Virus record (IMG/VR): IMGVR_UViG_3300049460_000371
Span: 23,354 to 87,353 of that record
Origin: a virus
DNA length: 64,000 nt
Reading direction: 5' to 3' (one strand)
The notes under the pieces were generated by a model. It worked only from the letters and a program-made list of their open reading frames with translations. It was not told where the DNA came from and made no database searches. The position numbers were made by a program, and so were the translations under genes. Positions 30,602 to 41,477 of the stretch are shown here, piece by piece. Within the stretch, counting starts at the first letter, position 1; every line of letters starts with the position of its first letter.

Positions 30602-32662
30602 ATGACGGCCAAGATCAAGAAGGAAATGGCAGCGCTGGCCAAAGAGGTAGCGCGCCATCAAAAGCTGTATTACGAGGAGAATGACCCCGTAATTACGGAC
30701 GGCGAGTACGACGTCATGTATCGCCAACTGGTGGATCTGGAAGAGCAGTATCCCCAGTACAAAGTAAAGAACTCGCCAACCGACAACATCGGCGGCAAAC
30801 CGTCCGGCACCTTCACGGAGATCAAGCACCTGATCCCCATGCTGAGCCTGGGCAATAGTCTGAACGCGGCCGACACCCAGGTGTTCCTGGATAAAGTATG
30901 CGCCGAACTGAAGATCAAACCGGCCGCCCTCGAGCTGTACGAAGAACTCAAGTACGACGGCCTGTCGTGCTCTGCCACTTACCTGTATGGTAAGCTGGAA
31001 CAAGGCGCCACTCGCGGTGACGGTCTGACCGGCGAAGACATCACGGCCAACCTGAAAACTGTCCAAAACGTCCCACACGTCATCAACGAGCTCTTGGAAG
31101 TACCGCGCTTCGAGATTCGCGGCGAGGTACTGATGACGCGTGCGAGCTTCAAAGCCCTGAACGAACGTCAGGCCAAGCTCGGTGGCAAGATCTTCAGCAA
31201 TCCCCGCAATGCGGCCGCAGGTGCGCTGCGCAATAGCGACCCGGAGATCACTCGCGAGCGTGGACTGCACTTCTACGCCTACAGCCTGGGCGCATGCAGC
31301 GACGAAATCTATCCAAAAGTTGACGGCGGCATTTCGCCTGATCCATTCGGCGTGACCACGCAAGAGCAACTGCTGGCCAAGTTCGTCAGCCTGGGCTTTG
31401 TGACGGCTAGCGACCTGAAAGTCGTAACTGCTGACAAGGTGCTGGAAAGCTTCAAGGAAATTCAAGCCAAGCGTCCCGACCTGCCATACGAAATCGACGG
31501 CGTGGTATACAAGGTCAACAAGCTGGCCTATCAAGTTCAGCTGGGCTGGAAGTCGCGCACGCCTGAATGGGCAACCGCGTACAAGTTCCCGCCTGACACT
31601 GCTGAAACGGTGCTGCTGGCCATCGACATCCAGGTAGGTCGTACTGGTGCGCAGGCGCCGGTTGCTCGTGTAAAACCGGTCAAGTGCGGCGGGGTGATCG
31701 TAACCAACATCACCCTGCACAACATCGAAGAGATCACGCGCAAAGATATCCGCATTGGCGACACGCTGCTGATTATGCGTAACGGCGATGTGATTCCTGG
31801 TGTCAGCCATGTTATCAAGGACAAGCGCCCGGCAAACGCTGTCCCGTATGAAATGCCAGGCGTTTGCCCATCCTGCGGCGGCGCTACCCACAAGGAAGAC
31901 GACGGTGCGATCACGTATTGCCTCGCCGGCCTTGGCTGTCCTGCTCAAGTGTTGGGTGCAATTTCCCACTACGTTTCGCGCAAGGCCATGGACATTGACG
32001 GCATTGGCGACTCGACCATTCAGACGCTGCTGGATGCCAACCTGATCAAGATGCCAAGCGATCTGTACTCGCTGAAAAAAGAAGACGTGCTGGGCCTGGA
32101 AGGCTTTGGTGAGTCGTCGGCGGAGTTGCTGGTGAACGGCGTGCATGCGATCAAGAAACCAGAATTGCGTCGCTTCATTTACGCGCTGGGCATTCCCAAT
32201 ACGGGCGAGGGCACCAGCAAGCGCTTGGCTGAGCACTTCGGTTCGTTTGACAAGTTGCTGGCCGCAGCACACAATGAACTGATGGCGATCCCGGACATCG
32301 GCAAAACGACCGCCAGCAGCATAAGTGACTACCTGTTCGACCCAGTAACGGGCGTGGAAGCGCGCAAGCTGGCTAAGATCCTGGAGCCTCAAGATCTGGT
32401 CAAGGTCGACACCAGCGTGATGAAGCTGAAAGGTCAAACGTTCCTGGTCACTGGTACGCTGTCAGTGAAGCGCGACGTGATCCATAAGCTCATCGAAGAA
32501 AACGGCGGTGTGGTCGCTGGCTCGGTGAACAAGGATCTCAACTACTTGCTGGCTGGTGAAGAAGCGGGTAGCAAGCTGGAGAAAGCTGAGAAATTGAACG
32601 GCAGCAAAAAGGCAAATATCAGTATCATTACGGAAGAAATTTTCCGCTCAATGATCGCATAA
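30602..32662 (+). CDS. ligA: NAD-dependent DNA ligase
   Basis: ELKYDG, TRGDG, NPRNAAAG, EIDGVVYK, QVGRTG, Zn finger CPSC, HhH, BRCT. Confidence 0.97.
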   Translation: MTAKIKKEMAALAKEVARHQKLYYEENDPVITDGEYDVMYRQLVDLEEQYPQYKVKNSPTDNIGGKPSGTFTEIKHLIPMLSLGNSLNAADTQVFLDKVCAELKIKPAALELYEELKYDGLSCSATYLYGKLEQGATRGDGLTGEDITANLKTVQNVPHVINELLEVPRFEIRGEVLMTRASFKALNERQAKLGGKIFSNPRNAAAGALRNSDPEITRERGLHFYAYSLGACSDEIYPKVDGGISPDPFGVTTQEQLLAKFVSLGFVTASDLKVVTADKVLESFKEIQAKRPDLPYEIDGVVYKVNKLAYQVQLGWKSRTPEWATAYKFPPDTAETVLLAIDIQVGRTGAQAPVARVKPVKCGGVIVTNITLHNIEEITRKDIRIGDTLLIMRNGDVIPGVSHVIKDKRPANAVPYEMPGVCPSCGGATHKEDDGAITYCLAGLGCPAQVLGAISHYVSRKAMDIDGIGDSTIQTLLDANLIKMPSDLYSLKKEDVLGLEGFGESSAELLVNGVHAIKKPELRRFIYALGIPNTGEGTSKRLAEHFGSFDKLLAAAHNELMAIPDIGKTTASSISDYLFDPVTGVEARKLAKILEPQDLVKVDTSVMKLKGQTFLVTGTLSVKRDVIHKLIEENGGVVAGSVNKDLNYLLAGEEAGSKLEKAEKLNGSKKANISIITEEIFRSMIA

Positions 32663-32700
32663 CAATGGGGCCTAGTGCCCCATTTATCTGAAAGAGTTAC

Positions 32701-33168
32701 ATGACTGCACTGGTTGAACAACTGAATAACCATCACACCACCCAACAGTTTCTCAACGACATGACAGCGAAGCTGTATCATGCCAAGTTGATGGAGATTG
32801 TTGCCCACACCAAAGTGGAAAGTATCGGCATCACCCTGGCTACCATTAACGGCGAACATCGTGTCCTGTACTCGTTGACGCCGCACAAGTTTGCTCCTGG
32901 CGAGGCAATGACTGCCGAGAACATGCGTAGCTTCCATCAACGTGAAGATGGCACGTTCGATTTGGCAGAGCACGGCAATGAAGGCATGTTGACCTTCCTG
33001 GAAAACGAAATCGAATGGGAGCTGTGGAACGATATCATGGCAGATCTGGGTGGCCAACTGTACTACGTTACCAGCATCTATGAATTCTACCATGATGACC
33101 CGAGTAATCATCTCGTGTTCACTCGCGATGCGTTCTGGGTTACCAACAACCCAAGCGACTTCACCTAA
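32701..33168 (+). CDS. hypothetical protein
   Basis: ORF. Confidence 0.55.
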   Translation: MTALVEQLNNHHTTQQFLNDMTAKLYHAKLMEIVAHTKVESIGITLATINGEHRVLYSLTPHKFAPGEAMTAENMRSFHQREDGTFDLAEHGNEGMLTFLENEIEWELWNDIMADLGGQLYYVTSIYEFYHDDPSNHLVFTRDAFWVTNNPSDFT

Positions 33169-33283
33169 GCTGACACAAGCTTGATTCAAGCCTGGTATCG
33201 CACCAGGCTTTTTCTTTGACTGGTTGTCGCACTGGTGACGATTTCGTCAATTTGCCATGCTAAAATACAAATAAGGAGATCAC

Positions 33284-33673
33284 ATGAAAGTACGCAAGGA
33301 ATGGCTCAGTGCCAATTTTGGACTTGATAACCTCCCAGACAGCAGTCTTTGGTCTTGGGCCCCATTCAAAGGATCGGACGTCGTCGAAATCCCGGATGAG
33401 TGGGTAATGCTAATGAACCAGAAGCATCAAATTTCAAATCGCGGTCGTTATCTGTTCTTAACACGAGTTGGTTGGATAGCCAATCGTGATGAAATCAAGC
33501 AACTGTGCGCGAATGGGAAAAGCATTCCATGGGATCAAGTTGAAGCTCGTGTTGAACAAAGCTTGACCAAGATGGAAAATGGAATTATTGGCGAATTCAA
33601 ACGAGTCGCTGTTCAGTTCAATGTAATGGAAAAATACTTGGCCGCCAACATACCACTCAGGCCAGCACCTTGA
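33284..33673 (+). CDS. hypothetical protein
   Basis: AAGGAG RBS. Confidence 0.55.
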   Translation: MKVRKEWLSANFGLDNLPDSSLWSWAPFKGSDVVEIPDEWVMLMNQKHQISNRGRYLFLTRVGWIANRDEIKQLCANGKSIPWDQVEARVEQSLTKMENGIIGEFKRVAVQFNVMEKYLAANIPLRPAP

Positions 33674-34726
33674 CAAAATATTCACATGAATGTACCATTG
33701 CTGTCTAAAAGTTACCAAGGACAATGATGAAATTTTCCGCCCTAAACCCAGGCGCCAAGTTTGAAATGTGGAGCGGTGACGCTCTCCCGTATGCTGACAT
33801 CAAGTTGTGTAGCTGCGAAAAGATTGAAAGCCGACTGGCTCGTGAAATTCTGAACCCCAGCGAAGCTGTACTGGTCTACGGGGCACCGTTTGTCCTGGAT
33901 GAAAATGAAGTTGTGGTCGTCGATGCTGGTCCCATCAACATGAATGCGTTTGTGGGCTAATCCGTACATCCTTGAAAGGATCAGTATGTTGCGTCTTATT
34001 GCCGATATGTTCAAACAACGACGGGAACTGATTCCTGTTTGCCCACATGAAGCCAAGATGGCTGTATTTTCAAACATGGTTGAACGACATGTTGGAAATC
34101 GCAAGTCGATTCCTGACTATATGGCACCAGACCCAACCTATCAAGTACCCAAATACGTGGTTCTCATGTGTGAGGATCTCGTCGAATTGATTGATCGCCC
34201 CAACGTGAAGTTGATTGATGTATTGCGCATCGAGAAGACCGCAGTCGGCCACAGCGACTATCTGCACAAGTTGGCATTACGTTGTTACCACTGCACTATC
34301 GAAAATGAAACCACTTACTGATCAAGAAATCGTCACCGCACTTGAAGCAGAAATGCGCAATGACCTAGCAGCATACACCACCCCAGGCGAAATAGTTTAT
34401 TCAGTCACCCAAAAAGAAATTCTGGCCTTTGCTAGAACCCTGGGTGTACCCATCCCGGAAGGCGGTCCCGGTAAGCTGGACACCACCCACGACATCCAGA
34501 TGCGAGAGCTTCGGGCCGAGCTTGTTTGGCTCCAAGCCGACCTCAGCGAAGTGAATAAGATTCTGGCCGGGAGGACTGAGAAAGATGATCCTATAGGTCA
34601 TATGCAGTTTAGTCAACGTCGTGCATCGCTCCAACAACAAATTATCGCCATGAATGCAAAAATTGCTGCATTGGCGCTTGAAGCCATTCAGCAATGAACC
34701 TATAATGGTGCATCAAGGAGGATGAC

Positions 34727-35131
34727 ATGACTATTTTGACCAATGAAGAACACATGCAAGTAGACCGTCTATACTGGGACGGTCTTGCAATGGCGCAGCT
34801 CTATCGTGTAAGTGTTTGCCTTGCTGACAAGATCCGCAGCAATGAAGCTTGGATCGCACGCACGCAAATCCGCATGACTGGCGCGGTTGCCGACCTGAAT
34901 GCAACCGATCCAAAAGATGCCCGTAAGTACAAGGACGCCCAGACCGAAGTCGACAACTGCACAAAGTTGCTGACCCGCCTCACGGCTGAAAACGAAGAGC
35001 TGACCCTGAAGAAAACTAGTGCTGATGCTCAGCATGGTGTCATCTATGCCCGCGTTTTGGCCTATCCGTTTGGTGGCAAGATCCACCGGGCATGCGAGGC
35101 TCGTTATCCACGTACCCGGCCATGCTGCTAA
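34727..35131 (+). CDS. hypothetical coiled-coil protein
   Basis: GGAGG RBS, TATAAT upstream. Confidence 0.55.
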   Translation: MTILTNEEHMQVDRLYWDGLAMAQLYRVSVCLADKIRSNEAWIARTQIRMTGAVADLNATDPKDARKYKDAQTEVDNCTKLLTRLTAENEELTLKKTSADAQHGVIYARVLAYPFGGKIHRACEARYPRTRPCC

Positions 35132-35194
35132 GAACATTTGACGCCTGGTGATCCAGGTGTTAGTGTTTGTTAAACGAACTGAGAGAATAAGAAC

Positions 35195-36496
35195 ATGAAA
35201 CAGAATATTGTCATTGTGGGTGGCGGTGCTGGTGGCTTGGAACTGGCTTGCAAACTGGGCCGAAAACTTGGTCCCGATAGCGTCACACTGGTTGATAGCC
35301 GGTTGACCCATATCTGGAAGCCATCCTTGCACGAAGTTGCAGCAGGCACCCTGGACGTTCATGCCGAAGGGCTATCGTATCAGATGCTCGCGCATGACAA
35401 TGGTTTCACGTTCGTGTATGGTGCAATGTCGGCTCTGAACAAGGGCAACAAAACCATCCAAGTCGACGCAGTGTTGACCGACAAGGAGATCGTGTTGATC
35501 CCTGAACGCGTCATCGCATTCTCGGATCTGGTCATTGCTGTCGGCAGTGTATCCAACTACTTCAATGTTCCAGGTGCGTCGACCAATACTATCGCATTGA
35601 ATGCTCCGGAAGACGCAGAAGCATTCAGGAACAAGATGATGCGTCATCTCCATTACGCAAACGGCCCTATGCGCCGTGATACCGCGGAAGATGCTGGTGT
35701 TGATATCGTGATCATTGGCGGCGGCGCTACGGGTGTTGAGCTGGCCGCTGAGCTGTCCGAAGCTCGCAATGAATTCGCGGCATACGGCGTTCACAACCTG
35801 GATGCCAAGAAATCCCTCCGCCTCACCATCCTGGAAGGTTCGCCGCGTGTGCTGGCTCCTTTGCCTGAACGCGTCAGCGAAGCAGCTGACAAGCTGTTGA
35901 AACTTCGCGATGTTACGGTGAAAACTGGCTGTCGTGTGGTTGACATTACTTCCACGCTGGTAACTGATTCCACGGGCCAGACGTACAAGGCTGACATCAC
36001 GGTTTGGGCCGCTGGTATCAAGGCTCCTGACTTCCTGGCTACGTTGGGCTTGCCTACTGCTCGCAGTGGTGCTCTGATCGTTGACGGCAAGCTGCGCGTT
36101 GACGAGGCATATCACATCTATGCTTTGGGTGACTGTGCGTCGTTTACTGACAAGGATGGCAAGATGGCCCCGCCGCGTGCGCAAACGGCTCACCAGCAAG
36201 CCGACTATCTGTATGATCGTTTCATGGCCTTTGCGAATGGTCGCCCAGCATCCGTGAAGGATTACCAGTACAAGGACTACGGTTCGTTGGTCTCGATCGG
36301 CCATAGCACTTCAGTGGGTAACCTGATGGGATCACTGGCCGGTCGTTGGTTCATCGAAGGTTGGTTTGCTCGCATCATGTATGTGAGCTTGCACCTGTTG
36401 CATCACCGTGCAATCTTGGGCACGATCCGCACTGGCATATTAGCACTTGCCCGCTTCCTGATCAAACGCACCGCACCTCTTGTGAAATTGCACTAA
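35195..36496 (+). CDS. ndh: type II NADH:quinone oxidoreductase
   Basis: IVIVGGGAGGLEL, HIWKPSLHEVAAG, IIGGGATGVELAAEL, WAAG, YALGDC, PPRAQTAHQQA. Confidence 0.93.
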   Translation: MKQNIVIVGGGAGGLELACKLGRKLGPDSVTLVDSRLTHIWKPSLHEVAAGTLDVHAEGLSYQMLAHDNGFTFVYGAMSALNKGNKTIQVDAVLTDKEIVLIPERVIAFSDLVIAVGSVSNYFNVPGASTNTIALNAPEDAEAFRNKMMRHLHYANGPMRRDTAEDAGVDIVIIGGGATGVELAAELSEARNEFAAYGVHNLDAKKSLRLTILEGSPRVLAPLPERVSEAADKLLKLRDVTVKTGCRVVDITSTLVTDSTGQTYKADITVWAAGIKAPDFLATLGLPTARSGALIVDGKLRVDEAYHIYALGDCASFTDKDGKMAPPRAQTAHQQADYLYDRFMAFANGRPASVKDYQYKDYGSLVSIGHSTSVGNLMGSLAGRWFIEGWFARIMYVSLHLLHHRAILGTIRTGILALARFLIKRTAPLVKLH

Positions 36497-36794
36497 TGGT
36501 TACGCACACCTATAAGTTTAATCCTCAACCCAAGCAAACGGCGCGGTCGCGTCGTCGTGGTGGGCCACAGAGTAATTTCATGCCACGGGTAACGCCGTAT
36601 CATCAATGGGCAAAACGTCCACTTAATGAAATAGTACTGGGTCGCTTGTTCGGTATGCTTCACAGCAAGTTGGGGCATGGTTTGCCCATTGCGCGCCTTC
36701 GTTGGAAGCAAGCTGGTATCCGTATGGATGCACGGTTTCCCACACGGGCCTCGTGTGAGTATTACAATACCTGGTCAGCAGGGAAGATTTTCTG

Positions 36795-37016
36795 ATGAGT
36801 AGTCGTTATCATATCGTTTATCCTTGCGGGGATCGCACGAAACTGTCAGTGGTCGAGATTGTTGATGCACTCTCGTATGAGCTGTCGGAGTACGCGGTGG
36901 CGTCGCGTAATGACTGGGAAACGTACAAAGAAGCAGCCACGTATGCCAAGCAGTTGGCTAAAGATAATGATCTGACCTTCGTTCCAGATAAAGAAGAACC
37001 TGATTACTTGGACTAA
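36795..37016 (+). CDS. hypothetical protein
   Basis: ORF before terminator. Confidence 0.55.
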   Translation: MSSRYHIVYPCGDRTKLSVVEIVDALSYELSEYAVASRNDWETYKEAATYAKQLAKDNDLTFVPDKEEPDYLD

Positions 37017-37030
37017 TCATTCATCCAAAC

Positions 37031-37057
37031 AAAAAGGGGAGCAACCGCTCCCCTTTT
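37031..37057. terminator. bidirectional terminator
   Basis: AAAAAGGGGAGCAACCGCTCCCCTTTT between convergent genes. Confidence 0.85.
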
Positions 37058-37072
37058 CTATTACCAATTCAA

Positions 37073-39346
37073 TTACTTGGCAATGACAACCCACTTGGTA
37101 TTCGGCAGGTCCGAATTGATAAGTGGGACACGACGGAATACCGTTTCTTCTGTGGCTGCACGCAAGATATAACCAGCCGTTGAAGAAGCAACCGCTCCAT
37201 TGTAGTAGCCCTGGTTATTGTCACCACTCGATGTGATACTTGAAATGGCCATGGTGCTATATTTGACATCATCACCAACATTTGCCAATTCCCAGTTGAT
37301 AAAGTCTTGAGTACGATAGACCGTGCCGCCATTAGTTGGGATCAACACCCAGCCATTGATGATTGCAACACCTGGACCGGCAACTGGCGATGGCAATGCA
37401 CTTGCTTGCCATGTAACGCCGTCATACGAATAGTTGACCAAGGTATTGTTGGCCCAGGTCATTACCACCACATTACCATCACTTGCAACGCTTGATACTG
37501 TGGCACTTGTTGGCATGGTCATTTGGCCATTAACCAGAGCAGTAACGGCACTGCCGGTTGTGGTCATATAACGTGGAACCGCTGCATTGGTGAGCACCAA
37601 AAACTTATCCTTGAATGCACCAACCAAGGCACCAGCTGATGTTGCATATGTTGACCATGTTTTGCCGTAGTCAAACGATACTGGACCGGATGCGCCAGCA
37701 GTGGTCGCAATGATGACGTTTGGTGATGTCTTGGATGCAACCATAGACTGAACCAATGCAGTAGCCGCCAGAGCCACATAGGTGATCGATGGTGCTGCAC
37801 TATATGTCCAGTTGATACCATCTGGTGAAGTTGCGGTTCTGAATCCATTCTGTGTGTTTGCAAGGCCTGTCATAGTCACGTTACCGATATTGCCGTACGC
37901 CACATAGTTGCCATCACTTGTGATCAACATACCTTTCCAGCACACCAGATCAGTGCCCGATGGGATGGAAATGTTTTGCCAAGTTGCACCACTATCAAAA
38001 CTGATGATACCAGTCCAAGCCGACAACAATGATGTTGATGCACCCATAGTTACATTGTCCATCAGAACCACAACACTACCATCGTAATTTACAATAGGAT
38101 AGCTATATGTGTTGGTGCTGGTCATGTTGGTCAATTCAGTAGATACAGTCCAAGTCGTACCGCTATCAGTGCTACCGCAAATAAAGGTTGTGCCAACTGG
38201 AGCGGTCACCATATGCAGAGTGCCACCTACTGAGAATACATCAGTGACCCCACCATATTGTTGATTTGCTGCTGGATTGGTTGCATTACCAAATGGAGCC
38301 AAGGCTGATCGAACAACCCAAGTTGTGCCATTTGTTGATGTCATAACCGCTGGCGTGCCCGTGCAGTAAATTACCATCGAACCATTTGACGCAATTGCGA
38401 TTCGACTTGCACTTGCGCTAGTTGGTGTTGCAACCGTGCGTGAAGTCCAGACTGCACCATCTGGTGATGTGTAAATGTTACCTGCTGTGGTTGGTGCAGC
38501 AACGAACAAACTCACGACTGGGTTATAAGCAAGCGTGCCAACACCCACAGTACATGCGGTATTGATGGTCCAAGATGTACCAAGATTGGTTGTGCGGATA
38601 ATATTGTTGGTTGCACCTGAACCATACGACATGAAAGTACCATTCGCATAGGTGAATGGATTGGTGTAGTTGAAAGCAGCCGACAATGTTGGGGCATTTG
38701 CCCATGAGCCGCCATTGTCACTTGAAAACACAACACCACCGGTGGTTGCTGGTGTGCCGGTATTAGCCAGAATATTACCACCACCTTCAGTGAAGAAGTA
38801 TGCGGCGGCCGCTGATGGCATAGTGATTGGAGTCTGGGTAGTCAGAGTAGGATCGTTCAGGTCAATACGCAGGTGATTACCTGGTGCTGACAAGTAGAGA
38901 TTCATACCATTTTGAGATACTCGACCGTTGATGTTTTGGACCATTGCTGTTGGTGCGATGCCATTGAAATCAGCGGCGACGAATGTTTTCACATAGGCGA
39001 TGCCATCAGACAACGTCAACGAGTTAGACTTCCACAGCGAACCGTTTTTGAACAACAGATAAACGTTAGAACCGATTGTCCAGTTTGCGATAATCACATT
39101 GGTTTGATTCGCAGTAGTCACGATTGCGCTGCGACGGAGAACCGATGGGAATGGAACCTCATGCACATAGTCGCCCTGGAAGCCGCCAGGAATTTGGTCA
39201 CCCAGAACAGGGTAGTCAGTTGAGTCAAACTTCGCGCCAGATGCGATGTATTTTGGATTCTCGAACGAGTTAATGACTCGAACGATGGAGCCAATTGGTG
39301 CCTTATTGTTAAGGACTTCTGAGAATGTAATTGGATCAAATGCCAT
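37073..39346 (-). CDS. putative tail fibre / receptor-binding protein with BNR/Asp-box repeats
   Basis: repeated SxDxGxTW / SPDGxxW motifs, T/S/G/A-rich, 757 aa. Confidence 0.75.
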   Translation of the reverse strand: MAFDPITFSEVLNNKAPIGSIVRVINSFENPKYIASGAKFDSTDYPVLGDQIPGGFQGDYVHEVPFPSVLRRSAIVTTANQTNVIIANWTIGSNVYLLFKNGSLWKSNSLTLSDGIAYVKTFVAADFNGIAPTAMVQNINGRVSQNGMNLYLSAPGNHLRIDLNDPTLTTQTPITMPSAAAAYFFTEGGGNILANTGTPATTGGVVFSSDNGGSWANAPTLSAAFNYTNPFTYANGTFMSYGSGATNNIIRTTNLGTSWTINTACTVGVGTLAYNPVVSLFVAAPTTAGNIYTSPDGAVWTSRTVATPTSASASRIAIASNGSMVIYCTGTPAVMTSTNGTTWVVRSALAPFGNATNPAANQQYGGVTDVFSVGGTLHMVTAPVGTTFICGSTDSGTTWTVSTELTNMTSTNTYSYPIVNYDGSVVVLMDNVTMGASTSLLSAWTGIISFDSGATWQNISIPSGTDLVCWKGMLITSDGNYVAYGNIGNVTMTGLANTQNGFRTATSPDGINWTYSAAPSITYVALAATALVQSMVASKTSPNVIIATTAGASGPVSFDYGKTWSTYATSAGALVGAFKDKFLVLTNAAVPRYMTTTGSAVTALVNGQMTMPTSATVSSVASDGNVVVMTWANNTLVNYSYDGVTWQASALPSPVAGPGVAIINGWVLIPTNGGTVYRTQDFINWELANVGDDVKYSTMAISSITSSGDNNQGYYNGAVASSTAGYILRAATEETVFRRVPLINSDLPNTKWVVIAK

Positions 39347-39356
39347 AATGGTCTCC

Positions 39357-39980
39357 TTAGATATATGTTGAAGTCATGGTGCTAACTTGCCCATCGACAT
39401 AGGTGTAGGTTTCAAGACGTGTAACACCCTGATAGGCAATCGAGATGGTGTGAATGGTGCCATCTGAATTATAATCATAGTTTGTCACTCGTTGATCGGC
39501 GCCAATATTTTCAGTCATGATGCTGATCTTATTTTCGTCGTTGTATTGAAAACTAGTTGAGTCAGGAATGGCATCTGAACTACCGCCACTACTTGGAATT
39601 GTTGCCCATTTAACACCAGTTGGTTTGGTGCTATCGGCCATAAGCACTTGCCCATTAGTCCCGATATCAAGGTCAACGTTTGATGAACCGTCAGATACCC
39701 GAATCGTACCCTTGGCTGTTGGAGTTGAAGGTTCGCCGCTCGCATCAACCCATACCATCGATGTGCCATCTTGACCTACTGCCAGAAATTTACCTGGAGT
39801 GGCGCCGGTTGATGGGAATGTGAGATTATGGATCGCAAATGCTTGCATGGAAAGCTTTAATGGTGATACCTGCCCGAAACCATCTTCAATCGGTTGCAGG
39901 GTAGAAATCAAACCACCAGCCTCTACACGTAATAGTCCACCAAATGTATCTTGGGGAGTTCGTCCTCTAAGAGTTGACAT
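39357..39980 (-). CDS. putative tail fibre adaptor protein
   Basis: GTNGQVLMADS..GVKW fibre motif; N-term shared with 23973. Confidence 0.65.
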   Translation of the reverse strand: MSTLRGRTPQDTFGGLLRVEAGGLISTLQPIEDGFGQVSPLKLSMQAFAIHNLTFPSTGATPGKFLAVGQDGTSMVWVDASGEPSTPTAKGTIRVSDGSSNVDLDIGTNGQVLMADSTKPTGVKWATIPSSGGSSDAIPDSTSFQYNDENKISIMTENIGADQRVTNYDYNSDGTIHTISIAYQGVTRLETYTYVDGQVSTMTSTYI

Positions 39981-40510
39981 AGTTCTCTTCCATAAAAGGC
40001 GGCAACGTCTATGTTGCCGTTCATCTATTTAATCATATTTTCATTTGGTTATGTCGTGTTATTTTAATCTTTCAACTATTGGTGCCATACTGTCATGAAG
40101 GAGAGATTATGGATAATGTATTTGTATTGATCGAATGGAACATTTCGGATGCTGTTGTGCTTGATGGTGGAACTAGCGAAGAGCAGCACCCTCATGTTCG
40201 TGGTATTGCACCAACACTTGATGAGGCAATCAAGTTGGCAGTAGTCCAAAAACTGATGGTGGATGACTGGAATAGTGATGACTGGCAAATTGAAGAAGTT
40301 GCGTTCAATACACCAATTCGCCCAACTCGGGCCGTCGAAACCCATTATGCGATCCCAGGAGCGATTGCGATGTATAGCGAGGCGGGTAAATTTATTAGAA
40401 GCCCTGAGAAACCTGATGGCCCAACGTTTTTGGTAGACATCAAAAAACTATAAGCTTGACTCATTTGGCGTTTCATAATACCATATGGCATTATTCATTC
40501 GGAGCATATC

Positions 40511-41284
40511 ATGGAAATCAGTTTGTATCCTTCGTCGCCCTGGGAAATCATCAAAAATATCCATGAAGGTGGTCTGCTGAAATGGTACCATCCCAAAGTC
40601 TATTACGAGCGTGAGACTATTGTTGCTCGCAAGGATGATTTGCTGGAACATCGCCGTCAGCTGAGCAACTATATGTTCAGTCTGGCGAATATATGGTTCG
40701 CTGAACGTCCGATCAACAGCAGTCGTCGTTTCCTGCAAGAGCTGGACCCAAAAGTTATCGATGACCCCAACCATACTGATTACGTGTTGTTTCAGGTAAA
40801 CGCATGTGCGTTGTTTGGTCTGCCGGGTGTTGAGCCCATTAAAGAGCTGAAGAGCATCAGGAAGATGCTGGCAAGTATCAAGACCACTCTGGATTGGTAC
40901 ATTGATCAAAATCCCGATAATACTGAAGAGGCCCGCTGCCAGATCTTTACGCGCAGCAAGCCCCTCAGTGTCATCGAGGCAATTGAGTTTCTGTGGGATA
41001 AGGAAACGCAAACCGATGCCGTGAACGCCAAGATGTTGCAAGCCAATGCTGATCTTCGGAACATGATCGCCCGTGATGAAAACATGCAAATCTGGATGCG
41101 TTTCATGCGTCGCGGCCTCAACCAGATTGGCATCTATTCGTGGTTTACCCTGGCAGAGAAAGATTTTTACGACGACTTCGACGCACCAAGCAGTAAACGG
41201 TTCCATCGTCTGCGCCAAGCAGACAAATTGCCAGCCAAGTCTGGATCGACCCGCAAAGAAAAGCTTCGTGCGCTCGATATCTAA
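40511..41284 (+). CDS. hypothetical protein
   Basis: GGAG RBS, long ORF. Confidence 0.6.
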   Translation: MEISLYPSSPWEIIKNIHEGGLLKWYHPKVYYERETIVARKDDLLEHRRQLSNYMFSLANIWFAERPINSSRRFLQELDPKVIDDPNHTDYVLFQVNACALFGLPGVEPIKELKSIRKMLASIKTTLDWYIDQNPDNTEEARCQIFTRSKPLSVIEAIEFLWDKETQTDAVNAKMLQANADLRNMIARDENMQIWMRFMRRGLNQIGIYSWFTLAEKDFYDDFDAPSSKRFHRLRQADKLPAKSGSTRKEKLRALDI

Positions 41285-41302
41285 AAAAGTTCCTAAATAA
41301 TA

Positions 41303-41331
41303 TTGACAGCAGGCACTAGGCACTATAGACT
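41303..41331 (+). promoter_or_regulatory. sigma70 promoter for tRNA-Thr unit
   Basis: TTGACA-17bp-TAGACT. Confidence 0.75.
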
Positions 41332-41344
41332 AGGCTCTGTTGTA

Positions 41345-41397
41345 GATGCACGGGGGAGCTGGAAAAGAAGTTCGTTAGCCAGTCGCGTGTGTCGCCA
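41345..41397 (+). ncRNA. CCA-ending mini tRNA-like hairpin
   Basis: GATGCACG/CGTGTGTC stem plus G-CCA, internal GTTCG. Confidence 0.35.
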
Positions 41398-41401
41398 GTT
41401 T

Positions 41402-41477
41402 GCCCTCTTAGCTCAGTTGGAAGAGCGCTTGATTTGTAATCATGATGTCGCCAGTTCGATCCCGGCAGAGGGCACCA
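41402..41477 (+). tRNA. tRNA-Thr(TGT)
   Basis: cloverleaf, loop TTTGTAA, GTTCGAT, CCA. Confidence 0.92.

Noticed and set aside
30509-32437. Long antisense ORFs (also 47439-49148, 9604-10698, 35372-36304)
   Set aside because: Shadows of well-supported + strand genes with biased codon usage.
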